DNA of 64,000 nucleotides from an uncultured Bacteroidales bacterium. Lineage in GTDB: Bacteria > Bacteroidota > Bacteroidia > Bacteroidales > GCA-2748055. The DNA lies in NCBI GenBank assembly GCA_963771005.1, contig CAVYRO010000003.1:868657-932656 (forward strand). Direction: 5' to 3'. A program made the position numbers and the translations under genes. Positions 19,693-30,480 of the stretch are shown here, one piece after another; positions within the stretch are counted from its first letter, which is position 1; every line of letters begins with the position of its first letter. The notes under the pieces are model-generated. The model saw only the letters and a program-made list of their open reading frames with translations. It was not told the DNA's origin and ran no database searches.

Positions 19693-21849
19693 TTCCCCTC
19701 TATAAACCTTCACTTCAATACCCGAAGGCCTCACCCTATCATGGTAAATGCGTTGGGTGGCGCGAATAAAATCCCCTTCACCGCAATGATAAATATCGGT
19801 AAACTGCTGTGGATTCCGGTCCACGAGCGGGAACCATGAATTCTGGACCTGTATCATGATCCTGTGTCCTTTCTGAAAACAATGCGCAATATCCGGCATC
19901 TCAAAGGATACCCGGGTCACCTCTCCCGGAGTAAAAGCTTCCGGTTTTTCATAGCTATTCCTGAATTTTCCGCGCATAACATCGCCCCTGATCAACATCT
20001 CGTAACCGCCCGAAGGGACCATGCCGTTTTCACCCGGCTTCATTCTCAGGTTCAGGGGGAAAGACGTCGATGAGCTTAACTACATAGTCTGCATCTGTCC
20101 CTGAAGTGCTAACATAAAGATCCACGTTGAGCGGACCCGTTAGCGTTAGGGATTTCGTGAGAGGCTGTGATTCATAGACCAATACGTCCGGCCTGCTGGA
20201 AGCAAATCTCTGGTCTGCAGTCATATAATCTGCTGTTCTTTTAAAATGGACGCCGGCAACATAAGGAACGGGATTTTCCGGATCAGAGACATATTCGTCA
20301 TAGCTTTCGGCAGAGTGGGGCGGTGTGAAGGAAAGACTTCCTCCGGGTTGAAGGTATAGAACAGAATCCGTCGTATTCCTGGGAGGCCATTCTGAGAAAG
20401 AATGCCAGTCGTTTGTCCCGCTTATAAAGACGGAAGCTTCCGGGAGATCCATTTTTCCTTCATCCTTCATGATAGAAGTTGAAGAATTTCATTTGCAGCT
20501 GGTTGAAATAATCCGTTGTATTCTCACCCCAGGAAACGTCGCCCAATTGCTCACCGGCACTCTTAGCCCACTGGTGATGAGACCATGGCCCCATTATGAG
20601 CCGGTTACTTTTCCCGGAGTTCTGGGACTCAATGGTTTTATAAGTCTGCAAAGTCCCAAACAAGTCCTCAGCATCATACCAGCCCCCGACAACAAGCACC
20701 GCAGGACGGAGATCACTGAGGTACCGCAGGGGATTTCTGGCTTTCCAGAATTCATCATAGACAGGATGATCCATCATCTCCGACCAGAACCGTACCGTAT
20801 CGCCGAAATATTTTTTCTCAGCGTTGCGGATGGGGCCCAGATCCAGGAAAAACCGGTAATTATCGCTGCTTTTGAACTCATATGTTCCAGGCCATTCCCG
20901 GATAAGACCGTGCCGGGGAATGCCAAAGGCCGAATAAAAGGAGAAGGCATCCGAAAGAAAGAAGGCCCCATGATGGTGCCAGTCGTCGCCCATGAACCAG
21001 TCGGTGACGGGAGCCTGTGGAGAGACGGCCTTCACTGCGGGATGTGCATCCGGCAGTGCCATGGTAGAGTAGAAACCCGGATAGGATACCCCCATGATTC
21101 CAACCCTGCCGTTATTATTTTTTACATTTTTTACCAGCCAGTCTACAGTGTCCCAGGTATCGCTGCTCTCATCCGTTTCCTTCCTCTTTTTCAGTTCGAT
21201 ATAAGGTCTGACATCCACGAAGGTTCCTTCACTCATGAACCTTCCTCGCACATCCTGCAAAACGATGATATATCCCTCCTCCAGGAAATGGGAATATTCG
21301 GAAAGCATACTCGAAAAGCCCGTTTCCGATGTTTCGATACGGTAAGGTGTACGGGTAAGGATTATGGGATAGTAATTCAAATTGCTTTTGGGGGAATAGA
21401 TGGAAGTATACAGACGGACTCCGTCTCTCATGGTGATGTAGACGTCCTTTTTGTCATACTGTGTCCTGATGAAAGTCGTATCCTTCCAGTCGACTGTAGA
21501 ATCCTGCCTTGTAAAATCGACTTTATATTTTACCCCGGACTGTGTCATACTACCGGTGATCAGGGCCGCTTTTTCTTCATACCGGCCCCTGTAGGTCAGC
21601 CCGCCCTGCCGCCAGAAAAAGTAAAACTGATTTCCGGTGAGGGAGATGCTGTCAAGTGAGATAGCATACGCATTCTGGTCCGGGCTGTCGAAATCACCTG
21701 AGAGCTTGTAGCCATCTGCCCGGATATGGAGGTTCAGGTGAAGTTCGGGACCCTTCAGGAGGGCATTCCAGTCGCCGGTTATGTCCTGCGCTGCGGCCGG
21801 GAATAGAATGAAGGCCAATAGAACCAGGAATATGAATGTTCTTTTTCAT
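19690..21849 (-). pseudogene. CocE/NonD-family (S15, X-Pro dipeptidyl-peptidase-like) hydrolase, interrupted by three frameshifts
   Basis: Three consecutive ORFs (20460..21818, 20030..20470, 19690..20043) together form one S15 protein, with nucleophile context GVSYPG and C-terminal domain MLIRGDVMRGKFRNS. The junctions are at about 20466 (FFNFY / KDEGK) and in a G5/C5 run at 20055-20059. The signal peptide MK(K)RTFIFLVLLAFILFPAAAQ is restored only if the T5/A5 run at 21842-21846 is shortened by 1 nt, starting from the ATG at 21849. Confidence 0.8.
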
Positions 21850-22152
21850 TGCTTAATGGAAACGTGACCATGTGTGGATTCTTAAAAAATAACCGCGGTT
21901 CTGCAAAACCAGGAACCAAAATACAAAGAAAAAGCATGGAAATAATCCTTGTGACCGGCCAAATTCATTTTTCAGATAACAAGAAACAAGCTTTCCCGGT
22001 TCAGGAAGTTCCGATTACCCGGGGTGGGAAGGAATTAAACCCAGAAAATCCTTGCAAGTCCGGTTTTTCCTTCATAGTTTCATTCCGCAATTCATCATCC
22101 ATACCTGTAATAATAAATCAGCATTACCTGAAGTAATAAATAGCCTGTAACC

Positions 22153-23563
22153 ATGAAAACCACCAATCAACTCCTGGCATATTTGTCCATCGGGCTGGCC
22201 GCGACGGCAGGAAGCTGCACAACGGTTGACAGGGAACCCGGCAAACCCAATATTGTCATCATCTTCCTCGATGATTCCGGATGGTCTGATTTCAATCCCT
22301 TTACAAAAAACGATTACCCAACACCCAATGTCGACCGGCTGGCTTCGGAGGGAACCCGTTTCCAACAGTTTTACGTACCGCAGGCCATCTGTTCCGCCTC
22401 GAGGGCGGCCCTTCTGAGCGGGTGTTATCCCGGGCATACGGGCGTCACCGGAGCTCACGGTCCAGGCGCGCTGGGTCTCGATCCGAAATTCGCCACCCTC
22501 GGTGAGGTGCTGCAGAAGGACGGGTATGCAACGGCAGTCTTCGGGAAATGGCATATCGGCGATCAACCGCAAACGCATCCCTGGAACCGCGGTTTCGATG
22601 AATCGTGCGGACTGATGTACTCGAACGATATGTGGCGGTTTCATCCTGAGAACCCGGAGAAATGGGGAGAACATCCGCTGCAATTCTGGGAGAACGATTC
22701 TGTGAGTATTGCGGATGTGGATTCGGCCGACCAGAAAATGCTTACTACCTGGTATACGGAACATGCGGTCAACTTCATCAACAGGCATAAAGACGGACCT
22801 TTTTTCCTGTATGTTCCCCACAATATGCCCCATGTGCCGATTTTCTGCAGCGATAAGTTTGAAGGCAAATCCGGGAAGGGAAGATATGCCGATGTGATCA
22901 TGGAACTTGACTGGTCGGTGGGTGAGATTACAAAAGCCCTGCGGGAAAACGGGCTGGAGAAGAATACAATGGTGGTCCTCACCTCCGATAATGGCCCCTG
23001 GATCGTTTATGGCAACCATGCCGGCAGGACGCCGTTCCGGGAAGCAAAGGGAACTTCATTCGACGGTGGGACACGTTCCGCATGTATCGTAAAATTTCCC
23101 GGGAACGTCCCTGCTGGAAAAGTCTCAGACCAGGCTTTCTGCACCATCGATCTTCATGCCGACGATCTGTCACATTACGGGAGCTGAACTGCCATCCAAT
23201 CCCATCGACGGGATGGATGTGACAGACCTCGTCATGTCGAAGAAAGGAGCTGTAAATCCTCATGATTACTATGCTTTTTCAACCGGAAAGCAATTCGAGG
23301 CCGTGATGAGTGGCGACGGGCACTGGAAGCTTCATCTTCCGCACGATTACCGTACTCTTGGGATAGCCGGCAAAGACGGGATGCCAGGCCGTTACCGGCA
23401 GGATGAGATCGGATTGTCGCTCTTCGATATGGTCAATGACCCCAATGAAACGGAAAATGTGATAGGTAAGTACCCGGAGATCGCTGAAAAGCTGGAAGGG
23501 TACGCCCGGAAACACAGGGAGATGTATTATGCAATGGAGGAGAAAGAAGAAGCGCTTCAGTAA
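22153..23563 (+). pseudogene. Formylglycine-type sulfatase, frameshifted near 23150-23156
   Basis: Conserved sulfatase motifs are NIVIIFLDDSGW, CSASRAALLSGCYP (C-x-A-x-R) and FGKWHIG. ORF 22153..23187 reads ..AFCTIDL and ORF 23156..23563 continues MPTICHITGAELP in another frame. The usual sulfatase junction is TIDLMPTI, which implies one extra C in CTTCATGCC. Confidence 0.9.
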
Positions 23564-23583
23564 TGTTAATGCAGAACATGGAT

Positions 23584-23820
23584 GGACGCGGTTTAATTGT
23601 ATGAAATGGTTTGAAATGGTTTGAAATGGTTTGAAATGGTTTGAAATGGTTTGAGGTTGTTTGAACTCAATTCACCAAATAGTCTTCATCCGTGATTATC
23701 CGCACAAATCCGTCAAATCCGTGTTCTTCTTCCTCTTCCTCCCCAACTTCACCAAATCACCAGATCACCAAATTCTTCGGGGAGTTTCACCACAGATTTC
23801 ACAGATTATCACAGATTAGC
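23584..23820. repeat. Mosaic intergenic repeat element between convergent genes
   Basis: The order is (ATGGTTTGAA)x5, then TCACCAAAT, then ATCCGTGATTATCCGCACAAATCCGTCAAATCCGTGTTC (D module, reverse orientation). It finishes with TCACCAAATCACCAGATCACCAAA and TTCACCACAGATTTCACAGATTATCACAGATTA. Confidence 0.85.
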
Positions 23821-23845
23821 GGAAGATGATGCTCCCGTCCTTGAT

Positions 23846-25499
23846 CTAAGGGTTGGCGCTGCCTGTTTCCGGGTAAAAAGGTAGATGGCTCACCCGGTTA
23901 TACCGGAATGGTTTAAATACTTCTATTAATTCGTTTTCCTTACAAGTGAATGTATCCAGTGGTTCCCCGAGTAAATTTTTTATAGTTTCTTCCGCTATAT
24001 CATCCTTTATAATAAAGGTAAATTCCCGAGAGGTTTTTTTTGAACCATCTTCAACGTAATACCAGTTTTCATTCATGACATGATAATAAGGCTTAAGATC
24101 CGTATATACGCTGAAAATACGCAGTCCCTCTTTTGAGAACATGCTGATCAGTTTGCCATCCCAGTAGTTTCCCACCCCATTTTTCAATGAATGTTCCCTC
24201 GCGAGTCGATCCATACAGGCTACCTTTTCCGGATAGTAATGCAGCAATTCATTCATTCCGGCCTTTATATTTTCTTTCCGGAATTCATGATAAACGAAGA
24301 CAGTTCCCGAAAGCAGAAGTACTGCAGGAACAATGAACATTACCGTTCGTCTCCCGGGCAATACTTCGGATAACTTATAAAGCAGGTAGCCGAAACTGAA
24401 TATTCCGAAGTAAAGACTATATACATTATATCTCAATATATCCCATCCTGAGTAACTTCCGTTAATGATGGGCATTACCACCGTTGAAACAGTTATAACC
24501 ACAAATAGAAGCAGGTATATCAGTTCAGCCATCGGGACATCCTCATTTTTGAAAAATGAGATCAATTTTCGCACAAGAAATGTGGAATGAAGGATGAGAC
24601 TCAACAGGAAAAGCAGGTCGATGAGTGCCCGGAAATCGTATTGTGAAAGGTAGAAAGAATGCTGTTCTGAAAACATTGCAAGTGAAGGGACGATCTGGTC
24701 GAAGCTGAAAATTCTCCACGATAATCCCATGATCCGGATCGGGGAATTGAATCTCAGGAGGGTGAATAAGGGAAGGGCTACACCTATAGACAAGACATTT
24801 GTTGCCAATATCTTATAAAGTCCGGCCCGGTAGGGCGTATTCCTGAAGAGTAAAATGCCCAGGGCAAATACCGGTATGGAAAAAATGGCCATGAAAAGCC
24901 GGTCGTTTATGATGGCTACAACAGAAATTATGAACAAAATCACAAGAGCAGAGAACCGGTTCTTTCTGAGAAACCGGATCAGGAAAATGAGAGCGGCAAG
25001 GGTCATCAGGAATGCGCTCAGATGATAACCGATGCTTACGATATAAAATGTGTAACTGAAATCATGATTCACAATTCCAGCCAGCAGGAAGAGGGACATG
25101 AGCATTATCCCGGTTGTGAGAAACCTTGCATCGAGATTCTCAAAAAAACTCCTGTATACCATACATCAGAAGCAACATCAACAGGATAAATTCCAGGAAG
25201 CTGTATGTGAGCATAGCGGGGATGAACGAATTAAAAAAGATTTGGATGATGAAATACATGATCATATCGGGGAAAATATTCGGGGCCCCGTTCAGGTGCC
25301 ATCCGGCAAAGCTGTTTCCATCGATGAAAAGATCATGGTAAATTGACGGAACATACAGCGTGTCGGAATTGAAATAAACCGGGATCTGATCCTCCCTGAT
25401 CGTTGCAAAAAGAATGATGCAAAGAAGAATATTAATCATAAAGGCAACCGGTAAAATAATTCCCGGACCGGATCGTGGTAGCAGGCTGCGATAGGACAT
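23846..25499 (-). pseudogene. Large hypothetical polytopic membrane protein (about 550 aa), frameshifted near 25150-25160
   Basis: ORFs 25140..25499 and 23846..25162 overlap by 23 nt in different frames. Both are strongly hydrophobic and contiguous (..LLLMYGIQEFF / ..YRSFFENLDARFLTTGIML..). Confidence 0.5.
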
Positions 25500-25693
25500 A
25501 TCTCTGAACTTGATCTCAAAAGTATTAAAAAATTAATTTTTTTTGGTGGCAGGCTTATGACTTTGCTTACTTTTTCGCCTGTATTTTCCATCCCATCCCA
25601 TCCGGCATCCGGCGCCCCATTATTTTTCTAATCTCTTGAGAATGAACCAAAAAATCTCTGCAATGTTTAAAAGTAAATCAATATCCTATACTT

Positions 25694-26485
25694 ATGAAAA
25701 GAACAATGATTTTTCTGATGTTGCTGGGCATTATGGCAGAGATGTCATTTACCCAGGTGGTCGTACTTAATTACATGAAGGTGCCTGCCGGGATGCAGGA
25801 TAATTACGTTTCTGTCGAAAATAATTGGAAGGCTGTCCACCAGAATCTTGTGAATGAAGGCAGGATGATGGGATGGGAGCTCTATTATGTTCATAACTCG
25901 GGAACGGATAGTAAATATAATTTTGTAACGGCAAATATTTACAAAGATTTTACTTCTGCGCTGGCAGGAGCTTCCATGGATGATCTTCACAAAGCCTGGG
26001 GTGACAAAACGGAGAATATGTTAAAAAAAACCATGGAATCCAGAAACCTGATTTACTCCGAGACCATTGGACTTCAGACAGGAATTGCCCCGAAAGCAAA
26101 ACAAAAATATCTTTTGGTAACCTTCATGAATGCTCCTGACATTCAGACCTATTTTGATATGGAACGAACCGCGTATTTGCCTATGCACCAGGTCGCCATG
26201 GATGAAGAGAAAATGGTTGGCTGGAGTGTCTGGAGCCGTATGCTCTTCGACGATACCGAATACAATGCCATCACTGTAAATGGGTATAATTCACTCGACC
26301 AGATGGCGGCTGTGGATTATAACGCATGGTTCCGAAAAGCGAGTATGGGAAAAAGCCAGGAGGAGGTTTCACATATGAATTCCCTCTTCAAAGATACCAA
26401 CAAGCTCCGGTCTATTGTTAAGTCCCAGCTTTGGGAACTTGTGGCAGAAACCGATCCTAAACCGGATGGACAGGCCAATAAGTAA
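25694..26485 (+). CDS. Secreted hypothetical protein with an internal two-fold domain duplication
   Basis: The signal peptide is MKRTMIFLMLLGIMAEMSFTQ. The two halves align by eye: VLNYMKVPAGMQDNYVSVE..GRMMGWELYYV against LLVTFMNAPDIQTYFDMER..EKMVGWSVWSRM. Confidence 0.6.
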   Translation: MKRTMIFLMLLGIMAEMSFTQVVVLNYMKVPAGMQDNYVSVENNWKAVHQNLVNEGRMMGWELYYVHNSGTDSKYNFVTANIYKDFTSALAGASMDDLHKAWGDKTENMLKKTMESRNLIYSETIGLQTGIAPKAKQKYLLVTFMNAPDIQTYFDMERTAYLPMHQVAMDEEKMVGWSVWSRMLFDDTEYNAITVNGYNSLDQMAAVDYNAWFRKASMGKSQEEVSHMNSLFKDTNKLRSIVKSQLWELVAETDPKPDGQANK

Positions 26486-26794
26486 AAATTGATGGAAGAT
26501 TGCTGGAAGATAGACGGGAGATTGACGGGAGATTGATGGACCCGTCACTTTCCCACCTTCCGTGTTAACAGTTCATATTCGCATTCCTCCCACACGTTCC
26601 ATCCTCCTCCTGTAGTTTACAAGAAGCCTGGAACGTAAAAAGTAATGCCTGAATAAAACGAAAAGGGAAATAGCGGGACCGTGGTGATCCCGGATCTCAG
26701 AACGCTCTCACCTCAACCCTTCCACACTGTCTGAAAACCCGGGAATCACCTATATCCTGGTTTGGTAATCCGCATTTTGCAATACTCCGCTTTT

Positions 26795-26960
26795 CTAGAA
26801 TCCCCTGAAAATCCCGAAGAGGAGACTGATAACAAAAAGCACGAGAAAAATGTAGAAAAGTATCTTCGCAATGGAAGCCGCACCTGCAGCAATTCCGCCA
26901 AAACCGAAAAGAGCTGCGATCAATGCAATAACTAAGAATATAATAACTAATCGTAACATA
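26795..26960 (-). pseudogene. DUF1328 (UPF0391/YtjA-like) small membrane protein, with a 1-nt insertion near 26930-26936
   Basis: Minus-strand reading from the ATG at 26958-26960 gives MLRLVIII. After removing one A in CTTAGTT it continues [46 protein letters not shown], with the stop at 26795-26797. The interval is 166 nt, which is not a multiple of 3. It falls below the ORF-track length cutoff. Confidence 0.65.
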
Positions 26961-26993
26961 GCTTTATATATTTAAGTGAATACTAGAAAAAAT

Positions 26994-27659
26994 CTAGAAC
27001 ATAAACCCCACGTAGACCTGGATCGTATTGTTTTTCGCGTTTCCCAGCAGAGCTTCGGTTGATCCGTTTTCCTTCGCCACCTGCTGAAGGCCGAGCTCAT
27101 AATTGAATCCGAATATCAGCGGATCAAAACTGAAACCCAGACCTCCTGCAATTCCCGCATCCAGAGTATTGAATTTACTACGGTCAATATCATCACTGTT
27201 ATCTACATTAATGAATGAGAGGATTTCAGCATCGGTATCCATGTGAGCATTCATCAGGAATCCGACATAGGGACCAATGTGGAAGTTAAAATCCTTTGCG
27301 AGATAGAATGAAAGATAAACCGGTATCTCGATATAGTTGAGTTTGAGCTTTGTTGTCCCGTCTGCCACGTCGAAGCCTAAAAAGTCCTTGTTGTAGTCGG
27401 CCTTCATCCCTTTGCCTGTATAAAGGATCTCGGGCTGGATGCCAAACTTATCATTGACCATCATTCTTCCCCATACTCCCAGGTTGAAGCCGGGTATTAT
27501 ATTGCTGTCATTTGCCTTGTCGATTGACAGGGAGGAAAGGTTCAACCCTCCCTTAATCCCTCCTCCCGATTCCTGGGCATAAGTATTTGGGGTTGCAATG
27601 AGCATTATCATCATTATGGCTGCGGTGATTTTTACCGCGACTGGAAATATCTTTTTCAT
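26994..27659 (-). CDS. Outer-membrane beta-barrel (porin family, OMP_b-brl_2-like) protein
   Basis: The likely start is MKKIFPVAVKITAAIMMIMLIATPNTYAQ. The protein has alternating beta-strand patterns and a C-terminal ..IQVYVGFMF. Confidence 0.7.
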   Translation of the reverse strand: MKKIFPVAVKITAAIMMIMLIATPNTYAQESGGGIKGGLNLSSLSIDKANDSNIIPGFNLGVWGRMMVNDKFGIQPEILYTGKGMKADYNKDFLGFDVADGTTKLKLNYIEIPVYLSFYLAKDFNFHIGPYVGFLMNAHMDTDAEILSFINVDNSDDIDRSKFNTLDAGIAGGLGFSFDPLIFGFNYELGLQQVAKENGSTEALLGNAKNNTIQVYVGFMF

Positions 27660-27691
27660 ATAGTTTGGATTTTTATGGTTATACAATTAAA

Positions 27692-28369
27692 TTAAATTTC
27701 CCCGCGTTTCGCGGCTCTCTTGAGTTTGTCATTTGCATAGATAGCAATCTCGACCCTCCGGTTCTGCTGCCGTCCTTCTTCGCTTCCGTTACTGGCTACA
27801 GGCTGGGATTCTCCATATCCTTTCACGATAAACCGGCTCTTTTTTACATCGATCCCGCTGAGATAGTCGGCTACAGACTCTGCCCTTTCCCTGGAGAGTT
27901 CGTTGTTGTATTCTTCAGTGCCAACACTGTCGGTATGTCCTTCGATCAGGACGTTGGTATCATCGTATTTTTTCAAAGTCTCACCCAGTTCCGAAAGATT
28001 CTCCCTTGAGGTTTCACGAAGTTTGTAAGAATCAAAATCAAAAAGGATCCCGGAATCGAACGTGATCTTTATACCTTCACCTACACGTTCAACTTTAGCT
28101 CCCTCCAGGTCTTTTTGCAGTTCTTCGGCCTGTTTATCCATATACCTGCCAATGAGAGCTCCTGAAGCACCGCCGATCATCGCCCCGATGATGGCTCCCT
28201 CTGCCGTATGATCCGATTTACTCCCGATGGCAGCACCCACCGCACCCCCGACACCCGAGCCAATGGCACCGCCTTTCATCGTCCGCGATGCACTGCAACC
28301 TGAGAAAAGGAGGATAAGGATAAGGAATCCGGATAAAATGTAGTTTTTTGAAAATATTTGCACTTTCAT
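27692..28369 (-). CDS. OmpA-family lipoprotein (glycine-zipper N-terminus plus OmpA C-terminal peptidoglycan-binding domain)
   Basis: The lipobox is LFSGCSA and the Gly-zipper is GAIGSGVGGAVGAAIGS. The OmpA_C domain shows LIEGHTDSVGTEEYNNELSRERAESVADYL...NRRVEIAI. Confidence 0.85.
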   Translation of the reverse strand: MKVQIFSKNYILSGFLILILLFSGCSASRTMKGGAIGSGVGGAVGAAIGSKSDHTAEGAIIGAMIGGASGALIGRYMDKQAEELQKDLEGAKVERVGEGIKITFDSGILFDFDSYKLRETSRENLSELGETLKKYDDTNVLIEGHTDSVGTEEYNNELSRERAESVADYLSGIDVKKSRFIVKGYGESQPVASNGSEEGRQQNRRVEIAIYANDKLKRAAKRGEI

Positions 28370-28793
28370 GGTAATTTAGTTTTAATTGTACATAAGTCAT
28401 TGTTCCTTCCCTGCGTCTCTACTTTATGAAGGAACCGGCTGTTCGCAATATTGACAGCCTCCACAAAAATCTTTTCCGGATCAGTATTATTATCATCTGA
28501 AAAAGACTTTCATCAGAACAGATTTATGTTTAAAACTATGCCAAAAATTCAAAGGAACTCCGTAATATATTTAGAATTAGCTGATTACGACCATATAACA
28601 GGATAAATGGCCATTCCATTAAGCATAAGATGAAATACATAAAATTTTCACATGTGGGGAAAATATTTCTACAATGACTCCCGAAAGTCATTGATAACGA
28701 AACACTGAATATTGAGAAAGAGGATTCCGGGATACCGGATGATCACTGACAATTTCACTTAAGGGAGGAAGAAATGAGATTTTTTCTGTTGTC

Positions 28794-29387
28794 TCACCTG
28801 TTTTTCCTGTGATGAAAGATATATTGCCGTCCCTTGTAACATAGCCATGCTGTCCCCGCGCCGATAACCGCACCTGCAAGGACATCAGTAGGATAATGAA
28901 CTCCCAGGTCCATTCGTGAGAAGCCGATCACCGATGCCCATGAATAAGCCGGGATGATGACATACCACCGGGGATAGAGTATTGACAGAGAGGTGGCAAA
29001 TGCAAAGGCATCCGAAGTATGGCCCGAAGGAAAAGAAGGGCTTCCGGCGCTGGCTGCCTTGATTATATCTGGGTATTTTTGAAAAGGACGGCTCCTGTTA
29101 ACACTGTATTTAAGGACGGTCGTTACGATTGCTGCCGACGCAAGGGTTGCACCTGCGTAAAATGAGTCATACCTGGCGGCAGTATCCTTTGCAATGAAGC
29201 TATACCCAAAAAGTATCAATGGTGTTGCAATGGCGACCGGCGCGGTTGCGTCATCAAAGAACCGGAATGTATTATCAAGCCCGGGATTTCTTCCATGGTT
29301 AATTGCCCGCAGCAGGTTTATATCCGGATTCTGTGCAAAAGTGGAAAAGCCGGTGAGAAGAACTACCAGGAGAAGAAATTTTTTCAT
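28794..29387 (-). CDS. PAP2-family phosphatase
   Basis: The three PAP2 motifs are KYSVNRSRPF, PSGHTS and SRMDLGVHYPTDV. The likely start is MKKFLLLVVLLTGFSTFAQ. Confidence 0.85.
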   Translation of the reverse strand: MKKFLLLVVLLTGFSTFAQNPDINLLRAINHGRNPGLDNTFRFFDDATAPVAIATPLILFGYSFIAKDTAARYDSFYAGATLASAAIVTTVLKYSVNRSRPFQKYPDIIKAASAGSPSFPSGHTSDAFAFATSLSILYPRWYVIIPAYSWASVIGFSRMDLGVHYPTDVLAGAVIGAGTAWLCYKGRQYIFHHRKNR

Positions 29388-29582
29388 GGAGCTTGCGTAT
29401 AAGAAAATCAAATTTACATATACCTTTGATTTTTTAAATGAAACGGGAGAACATAATATATTTACCTGCTCACCTGCAAAATTTCCGTCTCCCTGTCATC
29501 CTGAAGTCAGACAGTGGTTTCGGAACGTCATTCCGGTTCGGGCAAAGTTCCCGTTTAACTTATATTAAAATACAATCCGATC

Positions 29583-30377
29583 ATGAAACAGGTATTGATC
29601 GAAGCCCTTATGGCAGCCGGTAAGATTCAAAGGAAACATTACCAGTCTGACCATCAAATTTCCATTAAGGAAAATTTTACCAGTATTGTTACAGAAGCCG
29701 ACAAGGAGAGCGAAAAAGAGATCATCCGGGTGATTGAAAAGCATTACCCGGGGCATAACATACTTTCCGAGGAAAGCGGTTATACCGGTAAAAATTCTGA
29801 ATTTACATGGATCATCGATCCTGTTGACGGCACTTCAAACTATGCAGCCGGAATTCCCTGGTTTGGACCACTGATAGCCCTCATTGAAAATAATCGTCCA
29901 ATCCTGGCGGGAGCCTATTTGCCCGTCAGCGGCGACATGTTTCTTGCTGAGGCGGGAAAGGGCGCAACCCGGAATGGCCATTCCCTTGAAATCAAGGACA
30001 GGGATCTCAAAGACGCTCTTTCCGGTTTCTCCACAAATTACTCTGAAGATGAGGACTACCAGCGCCTGGCATTGGGGATCTACCATTTTCTTGTCCAGAA
30101 TACCCGGAACGTCCGCACCACCAATGCCCTTGTAGACCTGATGAATGTTGCCACCGGCAGTTACGGTGGCTGTGTCATCATGTTTAACGGTCTTTGGGAT
30201 ATCGTCGCCCCTTACCTTATCATCAGGGAAGCAGGCGGTATAATGAAAAACCTGGATAGTCTTGAAATCGATTTTACAGCCGGAAGGGAGGCTCTTCTCA
30301 GGAATTACCCGGTAGTGACCGGTTCCGGGTTGTTCGTAACAAAGGTCCTGGAAGAGATAACACGACTGACTCCTTAA
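29583..30377 (+). CDS. Inositol monophosphatase family protein
   Basis: Matching motifs are LSEESG, WIIDPVDGTSNY and WDIVAPYLIIREAGG. Confidence 0.85.
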   Translation: MKQVLIEALMAAGKIQRKHYQSDHQISIKENFTSIVTEADKESEKEIIRVIEKHYPGHNILSEESGYTGKNSEFTWIIDPVDGTSNYAAGIPWFGPLIALIENNRPILAGAYLPVSGDMFLAEAGKGATRNGHSLEIKDRDLKDALSGFSTNYSEDEDYQRLALGIYHFLVQNTRNVRTTNALVDLMNVATGSYGGCVIMFNGLWDIVAPYLIIREAGGIMKNLDSLEIDFTAGREALLRNYPVVTGSGLFVTKVLEEITRLTP

Positions 30378-30480
30378 GCACGGTCATCAGATTTCATATC
30401 CCTTTGAAAGATCAATTATTATCCTCTTTATTGTTTCCACTATTAACTTCATTGAATATATTCCAAATATTTCCGGAATC

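Noticed and set aside
20469-21659. Very long antisense ORFs: 396 aa at 20469..21659, 315 aa at 22072..23019, 270 aa at 44796..45608, 252 aa at 37636..38394 and 205 aa at 2410..3027.
   Set aside because: Each lies exactly opposite a gene with strong family homology (S15 peptidase, sulfatase, Oxidoreduct_C, amylase, SusD). Their translations are Arg/Pro/Gly/His-rich with no recognisable motifs. They are typical shadow ORFs.
26486-26790. The short AGATTGA(C/T)GGG repeats and the CCGTCA...CCGTGTT segment after the 25694-26485 gene, as another array.
   Set aside because: There are only three or four degenerate copies. It is probably a decayed member of the main family and does not justify a separate feature.
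28370-28793. The 420-bp gap between the OmpA-like and PAP2 genes, including the small hairpin TGACTCCCGAAAGTCA (28674-28690), as a possible ncRNA or terminator.
   Set aside because: There is only a 5-bp stem with no clear T-tract and no repeat-family modules. This is insufficient evidence for either a terminator or an RNA gene.
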